From contig CAVZTA010000016.1 of NCBI GenBank assembly GCA_963778025.1, positions 132,609 to 196,608 of the forward strand: a stretch of DNA of 64,000 bases. The letters are read 5' to 3'. A model generated the notes under the pieces. That model ran no database searches. It was not told where the DNA came from and was given only the letters and a program-made list of their open reading frames with translations. Shown here piece by piece: positions 56,357-64,000 of this stretch (position 1 is the stretch's first letter; each line of letters starts with the position of its first letter). The position numbers and the translations under genes were made by a program. Origin of the DNA: an uncultured Chloroflexia bacterium. GTDB taxonomy: Bacteria > Chloroflexota > Limnocylindria > Limnocylindrales > CSP1-4.

Positions 56357-56868
56357 GCCAGGGCGGACGCCGCCTCCCGCACGTCGTCGTCGTCGCCCTC
56401 GCCGCCGCCGACCTCGATGAGCTCGTCCATCGAGTCGAGGTAGTCGATGTAGAGCTTCCCGTCGAGGTGGTCCAGCTCATGCTGGAGGGCGCGCCCCAGG
56501 AGCCCGGAGCCGGCGACCTTGATGTGCTTGCCCACCCGGTTCTGCGCGACGACCCAGACCTTCTCGCGGCGGGTGACATACGCGACGTAGCCCGGGATCG
56601 ACAGGCAGCCCTCGAGATCGCGGTCGTCACCGGACGAACGGACGATCATCGGGTTCACGAGCTCGTGCAGTCGACCTTCGACCTCGATCACGCACGCTCG
56701 GAGCGCTTCGCCCAGCTGCGGCGCGGCCAGACCGACACCCGGGGCGTGACGCATCGTGTCGGCGAGGTCGTCGAGGAGCTCCCAGAGGGGCTTCCCGAAG
56801 CTGTCGACGGGCAGGCCCTTGAGGCGGAGACGCGGATCGCCGAGCTGGGCGATGGGCTTGACAGACAT
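56353..56868 (-). CDS. def: peptide deformylase
   Basis: GVGLAAPQ, EGCLSIPG and HELDHLDG motifs. Confidence 0.95.
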   Translation of the reverse strand: MSVKPIAQLGDPRLRLKGLPVDSFGKPLWELLDDLADTMRHAPGVGLAAPQLGEALRACVIEVEGRLHELVNPMIVRSSGDDRDLEGCLSIPGYVAYVTRREKVWVVAQNRVGKHIKVAGSGLLGRALQHELDHLDGKLYIDYLDSMDELIEVGGGEGDDDDVREAASALA

Positions 56869-56933
56869 GCGCGAACGATAGCAGTCAGCCCGGCCGTGGC
56901 CGGGCTGACGTTCGAGGCGAGGTGGTGCGCCGG

Positions 56934-57446
56934 TCAGCCGGTCGGCGCGGTCTCGTCCGCGGCGCTCTGAGCGGCAGGAGCGTCGCTCGCTGCGTCGGTG
57001 GCCGACCCGGTCGCGACGTCGCCGGTGCCGTTCGTCGCGTCGGCGCCGGTCCCGTTCGTGGCATCGGCGGCCGCTTCGGCCTCCGCGCTGCGGAGATCCT
57101 TGGCCAGCTGGGTGGCGCGATCGGCGAGCTTGGCGGAGACGTCGCTCGTGACGTCAGCCGCCTTGTGGGCGAGCGGACCGGCCGCGGCAGCTCCGGCCGC
57201 CGCAAGCTCGGCAGCCTTCGCGGCGACCTGCCGCGCGACCGGCGCGGCCTGTGTGGCGACGTCGTCGATCATCTTCTGGAGCTGGCTGAGCCACTCCCGT
57301 CCGGTGACCGTCTCCGTCTTCTCGCCCTCGCCCCAGCCGTCGCCGGCCGAGCCGGCGTCGGATGCCGCCTCAGCGAGCGGCTCGTCGGGCAGGGCACCCT
57401 CGGGCACCGCGGTGGGCTCGGTGCCAGGCTCGCGGGATCCGTCCAT
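56934..57446 (-). CDS. Ala-rich hypothetical protein with 8-aa tandem repeat
   Basis: ATG 57446 lies 5 nt after GGAGGAGGA. MDGSREPG...TGREWLSQLQKMIDDVATQAAPVARQVAAKAAELAA...ADATNGTGADATNGTG... No recognisable domain. Confidence 0.5.
   Translation of the reverse strand: MDGSREPGTEPTAVPEGALPDEPLAEAASDAGSAGDGWGEGEKTETVTGREWLSQLQKMIDDVATQAAPVARQVAAKAAELAAAGAAAAGPLAHKAADVTSDVSAKLADRATQLAKDLRSAEAEAAADATNGTGADATNGTGDVATGSATDAASDAPAAQSAADETAPTG
57021..57066 (-). repeat. imperfect 24-nt tandem duplication inside the Ala-rich ORF
   Basis: gccggtgccgttcgtcgcgtcg / gccggtcccgttcgtggcatcg, 24 nt apart, encoding ADATNGTG twice on the minus strand. Confidence 0.7.
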
Positions 57447-57593
57447 GTCGCGTCCTCCTCCGGGCAGTCCGGAACACATTCCAGTGGGTCGATCGTCGCA
57501 GCATCACAGGGACGGTGCGACGGGTGCGTATCGTCGCTCAGCGCGACGTTTCGCGCTTGCATGCCAAGACGCGCTGCGGCCCGGAACGTGGCA

Positions 57594-60258
57594 TCACGGA
57601 TCGCCGCTTCGGCCGCCGACCGCACGCGCGGTCGCACGCTCCGAGACCGGACGGGCTTCGGTCGGCGTCCGCTCCTCGGCAGGGTCGTCGGACCAGTCGA
57701 ACCCGTCCTCATCCTCGTCGCGATACCGGCCCAGCGCGAACCCGAACTCGCTCCCCCGGCGCGGTCGCGGCCGCGCCCAGATCCGCCCGTGCATCGCGCG
57801 CACGAGCCGGTCACAGACGAACAGGCCGATGCCCCCGCCTGCCGCCGTCGCGGCCGTGGTCGCGGACCGATAGAACAGCTCGAACAGGTCCTCTGTCTCG
57901 GCGGCGGCGATGCCGGGCCCCTCGTCGAGCACGCGGACGCTCACCTCGTCGGGAGCGGGGTCCACCTCGATCGTGACCGCGGTCCCGGGACCCGCGTATT
58001 TCGCCGCGTTCGACAGCAGGTTGCGCAAGACCTGCTCCACGTACGTCTCTTCGCCCGCGACCACGTCGCCCGCGGGATCGCCCGCGAGGACGAAGTGATT
58101 GTCCGGCCAGCGCCGGCCCTCGCTCGCGATGACCCGCTCGAGCAGCCGGCGAAGGTGGACCGGCTCGCGATCCGGGACCAGCGAACCGCGTTCCAGGCGG
58201 GACATGACCAGCAGGTCGTCGATGAGGCGATGGAGCCGCTCGGCCTCGGCATTGATGTCGAGGCCCAGATCCCGGACCGTCTCCTCCGAGCGTCCGCCGC
58301 GGAGCAACAGCTTGGCCGCGGCGAGGATGGTGGTGATCGGCGTCCGCAGCTCGTGCGACATGACGCCCACGAACGCCTCCTGCAGCGCCCGCGCCTCGCG
58401 CTCCGTCTCGAGCACCCGTTCCCGCTCCTCCTCGGCGCGGCGTTCGAGGGTGATGTCGCGGTCGATGCCGGTGAGGCGACGACCCTTCGCCGGTCCTTCG
58501 GCGGACACCCAGCCTTCGCTGCGCAGCCAGCGCGTCGAGCCGTCCGGGCCGATGGCCCGGAACTCCGTCGCGAACGGCCCCAGGGTCCGGGCTGCCTCGT
58601 CGATCGCGGCTCGGACGCCCATCACGATCCTCGGGGACGACCAGCGCGAGATACGCCACGAGGCCGTCCCCGGCGTCCCGATCCGGCTGCCCTCGGACGC
58701 GCAGGAACTCCGCGCTCAGGTCGAGGTGGTCCCGTTCGAGGTCGAGGTCCCAGGCACCCGCCGAGGCGACCTCGAGCGTGGCGTCCAGCCGCCGCTGCCG
58801 GTCCCGCAGCGCATCGACGAGATCGGCACGCGCCAGGGCCGCGACGGCGTGCGAGGCGATGGCCGAGATGAACCGCCGCTCGGCGGCGTCGATCACCGCA
58901 TCGCCGCCCCAGCCGACGACCAGCACACCACGCACGGGATCGTCGCCCACCGGCTCCGCGACGAGCGTCGTGAGCGACGCGATGGCCGGGATGTCGCTGG
59001 CACCGGGATAGCGCGTCCGCCACTCGGGGGCGGACACGACGACACCGGTCCGGCGGCGGACGACCTCGGCGGCCGGCAGACCCGCGTCGAGTGGCACCGT
59101 CTGTTCGCTCCGGACGAGCCCTGGCGGATAGCCGCGTGCGTGGAGCAGCTCGAGGCGATCCGGATCGCTGGCCCGGCGGTAGAGCAGCCCGACACGGGCG
59201 CCGAGCGTGTCCGTCACCGTCTCCACGATCAACCGGGCGATCGTGGTCGCGTCGACCGCCGGGCCGAGCTCGCGGGCGATCGCCTGCAGTCGCTCCACAC
59301 GCGCTGCGGCCACGCGCGTTTCCGCGCGCTCCACGCGAGCAGCCGCGGCACCTCGTGATCGGGTCAAGGCCTCGCTGCCGAACCGCGCGGCGAGCGCGAG
59401 GACGTCCAGCGTCCGCTGGTCGATGACGCGAGGCGCCGAGAACCCGAGGACCAGTGATCCGAGCCGCTCGATGCCGGCATCGAGGGGGAGGCCGACCACC
59501 CGCATGGCGGGCGTGGCCGACGCGGGACGTTCGGCCGCGTCGGGCACGGGCATCGCGGCCGGGACGAGGAGCGGACCTCGGACATCCGGCGTGGCCGCGA
59601 GCGCGCGTGCGGTCGCGCGACAGTCCTCGAGCAGCTCCGCCGCGCCGAATGCCGCGAGCTCGTCGGACTCGGCGGCCGACGACCCGACCGTGGGACCGCC
59701 CACCGGATCGGACCCCCCGGGGACGAGGACGAGGACCGCATCCGCGCCGCTGGTCTCGCGGCTGACGCGCGCCACGAGGTCCGCGATCTGACGCGGCGAT
59801 GCGGGTCGCGCGAGCGCCGCGGCGAGGATCGCGAGGTCATGCGTCTCGCGCTCCGCGCGACGCCGTCGCGTCTGGGCCTGGTCGAGTGCCGCCAGGAGCG
59901 GCCGGGACGGATCGCGGACGCGGCCGATGACCGCGCCGAGGCCGGCGCCCGCGACGACGGTCAACATCTCCAGCGCGACGACGCGGTTCGGGAGCGGCGG
60001 CCAGAAGCTGTACCAGGTCGGGCCCACGGACTCGAACGGCGGGTCGATGCTCGCGAGGACGATCGAGACGAGCGCGGCTGCGAGACCGCCGCCCAGACCC
60101 AGGAGCCGCGAGGCGAGGAGCGTGGCGGTGAACGGCAGGATGTACCAGCCGCTCAGCAGCACGAGGGAGTCGAACAGCGCGCGGGTCAGATGCGCCGCGA
60201 GGGGCAGGCCCACGACGATCGCGAGCCACGAGAGACGCCGACGCAGTCGCGGGGACAT
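57594..60258 (-). CDS. multidomain sensor histidine kinase (polytopic N-domain, GAF-like x2, PAS, HisKA, HATPase_c); one frame disruption
   Basis: ATG 60258: a 4-TM N-region and two GAF-like regions, in ORF 57811..60258. PAS plus the H-box SHELRTPIT and the N/G boxes (LLSNAAKYA, DEGPGI, GGGIGL) are in ORF 57594..58625. Shift at about 58623-58626 (...VVPEDR / MGVRAAIDEAA). No response regulator is adjacent. Confidence 0.8.
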
Positions 60259-60329
60259 CAGCTAGGAGTGTCGCCTCCCGGAGCGCGCCCCGGGACCGGA
60301 CCTCCGTCCCGTGGGTCCAGCGGAGTGTC

Positions 60330-62943
60330 CTACAGGAGCGATTCCGGGTCCACGTCGACGCTCCATGGAGCCGGCGGTCCCTCGCCCAGCAGCGCCCCGG
60401 GCTCGGGCCCACGAAGGACGATGTTGAACCGCCACCGATCGGCTCGTCGGGCGATGTACGCGGGCGCGGGACCGGTCACGAGCGTCCCGTCACGCCGCTC
60501 GGCGGCAAGCGCCCGCAGCCGGTCGGCCATGGCGAGCGCCTCGCGTTCCGCCGCGTCACGTTCGGGCAGCGCGACCGTCAGCTTCACGAGCCGGCCGAAC
60601 GGCGGCGAGCCCCAGCGCTCGCGCAGTGCGAGCTCCTCGTCGTAGAAGGCGGTCGCGTCGTCGTCGACGATGGCGCGGATCGCCCGATGCTCCGGGCGGT
60701 ACGTCTGGACGATCGCGTGCCCGTCGCGCTCCCCGCGCCCCGCTCGACCGATCGCCTGGCGCAGGAACTGGAACGTCCGCTCCGCGGCGCGTTCGTCGGG
60801 GAGGCTGAGCGCGACATCCGCGGACACGACACCCACCAGCGTCACGGTCGGCACGTCGAGGCCCTTCGCGACCAGGCTCGTGCCCACGAGGACGTCGAGC
60901 GCGCCACTCGAGAAGGCGTCGGTGACGCGGTCGGCGGCGCCGCGGCGCTCCACGACGTCGCGGTCGAGCCGCCCGACGCGCAGGCCCGGGAACGTCTCGC
61001 GGACCTCGCGTTCCAGGCGCTCGGTGCCGCCGCCCAGATACCGGATGCGCGGCGAGCTGCAGTTCGGGCAGCGGTCGGCGAGTGGCGTGGCACGCCCGCA
61101 GTGGTGGCAGCGCAGCGTCGTGCCCGCGTGGTGATAGACGAGCGGCCGATCGCAGTCCGGGCACGCCTGCACGTGGCCGCAGTCCCGGCACAGGACGACC
61201 GATGCGGTCCCCCGCCGGTTGATGACGAGGATCGCCTGCTCGCCCGCGTCGACATCGAGCGTCCGCAGCGCATCCCGGAGCGCGTCCGAGAGCAGCCCGC
61301 GATTGCCGGCCGCGAGCTCCGCGCGGAGGTCGACGACCTCGATGGTCGGTGGCCGGCCGCTGGCGCGGTCGGGCAGCTCGACCCGTCGATAGCGGCCGGC
61401 CCGCGCATGCCCCACGCTGTCCACCGACGGCGTCGCGGATCCGAGCACCACCGCCGCGCCCGCGAGCTCGCCCAGCCGGATCGCGACGTCCCGCGCCTGG
61501 AGCCGCGGCGTGCGATCGCTCTTGTACGCGGGCTCATGCTCCTCGTCGACGATCACGAGGCCCAGGTCGTCCAGGGGCGCGGTCACCGCGATGCGCGTGC
61601 CGACCACGAGGTCGACATCGCCGGCGCGGATCCGCCGCCACTCGTCGGCACGCTCGCCCTCACCGAGCCCCGAATGGAGCACCGCGACGCGTGCGGCGAG
61701 GTCCGCGCGGAGGCGGTCGACGAGGGGCGTGGCGAGCGCGATCTCCGGGACGAGCACGAGGGCCGGGCGGCCATCCTCGAGCGACGCCGCGATCGCCTCG
61801 ACGTAGATGGCGGTCTTCCCACCGCCGGTGACACCGTCGAGCAGGAGCGGCGTCGGATCCCGCGCGGCGATCGCATCGCGGATCCACGCGACGGCCTGTG
61901 CCTGGGGGCCGGTCAGGTCGCTGCCGGCGGGACGACCACCTCGAAGGCCCGGGCGACGCGTGGCCAGCGGTCGGCGCGGACGCTCCCGGATCCACGCCTC
62001 GAGCAGCCCTCGACGGACGAGCCCCGCCAGCGCCGAGGCGCCGTGACGCTCCGCGACGGGCGCGGCGGGGACGCCGCCCTCGACGCTCGTGGTCGCCGGA
62101 TCGTGCGCATCGCCCGGACCGACGTCGCCGGGCGCCGCCGCGGGCTCCTCCAGCAGCTCGGCCAGGGCAGCGACCTGGCGTGGGCCGAGGCGGGGACCCG
62201 GCGACTTCCCACCCGCCGCGAGGGTCGCGGCCGCCGCCGCGCCCGCGCGACGTGAGCCGGATCCGTCGCTCGTACCGCGGCCCCGGAGCGGCCGTGACCA
62301 ACGTCGGGGTCAGCTCGAGCAGGCCCTCGGCTTCGAGCGCGCGGAGGCGCCGCAACAACGTGCCGCGCCCTTCCGGGCTGGCGAGGTCGCGCACCGGCCG
62401 TGGCCGCGAGGCGAGCTCGTCGAGCAGATCGACGGCCGCCGCGTCGTGATCCTCCGGGGACCCGAGGACGGCCTCGCCCGCGGGCGTGACCTCGGCGAGC
62501 ACCTCCAGGCGCTCGAGCATCCCGGGCGGCAGCATCGAACGGAGCACCATCGCGACCGGCGCGAGGTAGTGGACGGCGATCCAGCGGCCGAGGCCGAGGG
62601 TGAGCGGCGGGACCAGCGGACCGTCCGCGCGGACGCGCGCGACGACCCAGCGCAGGCCGGCGTCGGCGAGGGCGGCGGAGCCGGCCTCGGGAGGCGCCTC
62701 GCCCAGGACGATCCCCAGCGACTGACGCCCGCCCTTCCCGAACGGGACCAGGACCGCCTCGCCGGGCTCCAGGTCGTCGAGCGCCGGGGGGACGAGATAG
62801 GTGAACGTCCGGGCGCCGGGTCCCGCAGGTGCGTCGACCGCGACCGACACGCGGCGAGCGCCATCGCGGATGCCCGTCGGCGGCGTCCCGCCCGTCACGT
62901 CCGGATCGCCGGCCGGTCCGAACAGGGTCGCGTCGGCCGCCAT
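60330..62943 (-). CDS. priA: primosomal protein N' (PriA helicase); one frame disruption
   Basis: The N-end is in ORF 61660..62943 up to ...PRYERRIRLT. It continues as RAGAAAAATLAAGGKSPGPRLGPRQVAALAELL...LLLDGVTGGGKTAIYVEAI...DEEH, with the Cys-rich zinc region CRDCGHVQACPDCDRPLVYHH...CHHCG...CPNCSS, in the ORF 60330..61757 frame. Shift at about 62250. Confidence 0.9.
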
Positions 62944-62952
62944 GGCCGGAGG

Positions 62953-63606
62953 CTACACGCGCAGACGGCGGTCGGGGTGGCGGCGCTTCTCCTGGGCGAT
63001 GATCGCCTCGATCTCGGCGGCGGTCCGGTCGACCATGCCGGTCTCGTTGACCACGACCTGGTCGTAGTCGCCGGCGCGGGCCAGCTCGATGGCGGCGTTG
63101 CGCTGGCGCAGCTCGAGCTCCTCGGCCGTCTCGGTGGCGCGTGAGCGAAGCCGCTGGAACAGCGCCTCCTGCGTCGGCGGGACGACGAAGATGAGGAGCG
63201 CCTCGGGCACGCGCTCCTTCACGATCTGCGCGCCCTGGACGTCGATCTTGAGGATCACATCGCGGCCCTTCGCGAGGGCCTCGGCGACCTGCCGCCGCGG
63301 CGTGCCGTACCAGTGTTCGTGGACACGGCTCGCCTCGAGGAGGTCGCCGGCATCACGCAACGCGAGGAAGCGTGCCTCGTCCAGGAACTGGTAGCTCACG
63401 CCGTCGACCTCGCCGGGGCGCGGCGCCCGTGTGGTGCAGGTGACGACGTAGTGGTAGTCCGGCTCATCGGGATCGCGCGCGTGGAGGGCCGCGATGATCG
63501 TGTCCTTGCCGACGCCCGACGGGCCGCTGACGATGGCGAGGATGGCGCCCGGCGCGCCCACCGGCATCTCCGCCTCGGGATCGAACGCCAGCTGCTCGCC
63601 GCTCAC
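62953..63606 (-). CDS. gmk: guanylate kinase
   Basis: From GTG 63606 (GTGA overlap with the upstream stop): ...ILAIVSGPSGVGKDTI, TTRAPRPGEVDGVSYQF. The upstream part of the track ORF overlaps the rluA-like gene. Confidence 0.9.
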   Translation of the reverse strand: MSGEQLAFDPEAEMPVGAPGAILAIVSGPSGVGKDTIIAALHARDPDEPDYHYVVTCTTRAPRPGEVDGVSYQFLDEARFLALRDAGDLLEASRVHEHWYGTPRRQVAEALAKGRDVILKIDVQGAQIVKERVPEALLIFVVPPTQEALFQRLRSRATETAEELELRQRNAAIELARAGDYDQVVVNETGMVDRTAAEIEAIIAQEKRRHPDRRLRV

Positions 63607-64000
63607 GCGGTCCTCCGGGCCGAACCGCCGATGGCCGCCCCCGGCGAGCCTGCGCCGATCGCGCGAAGCGACGCCAGCACCGTCTCGAGCTCCGCCGGGA
63701 GCGGCGCTTCGGCGCGGATGAGGCGTCCCGACGTCGGGCTCACGAGCTCGAGGCGCCACGCGTGGAGGAACAGCCGCTCCAGTCCGTCGGGGCCGCGGCG
63801 CGCCGTGCCGGTGCCGTAGACGACGTCCCCCGCGACCGGATGCCCGAGTGCCGCGAGATGGACGCGGATCTGATGCGTGCGCCCGGTGATGAGATCCAGC
63901 TCGAGGAGCGTCCAGCCATCGAACCGCTCGCGCACCCGATAGCCCGTCGTGGCCTGGCGGCCGTTCGGCACGACCGCCATCCGCTTCCGGTCCTTCGGGT
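63603..64000 (-). CDS. RluA-family pseudouridine synthase, 5'-truncated by window edge
   Basis: C-terminal part only: GRQATTGYRVRERFDGWTLLELDLITGRTHQIRVHLAALGHPVAGDVVYG...LFLHAWRL. The frame stays open to position 64000. Confidence 0.85.
   Translation of the reverse strand, partial: PKDRKRMAVVPNGRQATTGYRVRERFDGWTLLELDLITGRTHQIRVHLAALGHPVAGDVVYGTGTARRGPDGLERLFLHAWRLELVSPTSGRLIRAEAPLPAELETVLASLRAIGAGSPGAAIGGSARRTA

Noticed and set aside
66-62943. Programmed ribosomal frameshifting or other recoding as the explanation for the frame changes
   Set aside because: The sites occur in about 15 unrelated genes. I saw no shared slippery heptamer or downstream structure. Some sites are plain G/C triplets. 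No known biology requires frameshifting in ispG, trmD, priA and the other affected genes. Base-call or consensus error is more parsimonious, although it cannot be proven from the sequence alone.

Overview
Very GC-rich bacterial chromosome segment (by eye about 70 % GC; not computed). I count about 62 protein genes, and all but five (xylR, xylF, xylH, xylG, rpmB) are on the minus strand, many with 1-4 nt start/stop overlaps.

Left ~12 kb: a sugar-utilisation block. It holds an M24 peptidase, an FG-GAP/ASPIC protein and a Gfo/Idh/MocA oxidoreductase (one minus-strand unit), a divergent ROK regulator, xylFHG (ABC transporter), and convergent xylB and xylA.

Remaining ~52 kb: housekeeping clusters in an order that matches conserved Bacillus/Mycobacterium synteny. 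Read along the minus strand from the right edge: rluA-like, gmk, priA, sensor kinase, def, fmt, rlmN, rpe, dtd, (rpmB, divergent), asp23-DAK2-recG, rsmD, coaD, yceD, rpmF, plsX, asp23, nusB, acpP, rnc, smc, ftsY, lipoprotein, ffh, DUF3352-like, rpsP, KH, rimM, trmD, rplS, rnhB, yraN, rpsB, tsf, pyrH, frr, uppS, cdsA, dxr, rseP, ispG, nusA, ylxR, infB, rbfA, nrnA, truB, ribF. The rbfA-nrnA and dxr-rseP-ispG adjacencies suggest an actinobacterium-like lineage (inference).

I found no rRNA, tRNA, CRISPR array, transposase/integrase or recognisable defence island, and no convincing novel multi-gene system.

The strongest unexplained signals are:
- About 20 single-base frame disruptions in conserved genes, some of them essential. 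Almost all are of the one-extra-base type, and they fragment or fuse the ORF track (for example rnc+smc, plsX+asp23, lipoprotein+ffh).
- A recurring extended -10 motif family. It includes an exact 11-mer shared by the xylA and oxidoreductase upstream regions, and another shared by the rpsB and ffh upstream regions.
- A promoter plus terminator-like hairpin in a nusA leader that lacks rimP.
- Uncharacterised envelope proteins embedded in the SRP cluster.
- A RibF with a degenerate kinase domain.

Most long alternate-frame or antisense ORFs in the track are GC-driven artefacts.
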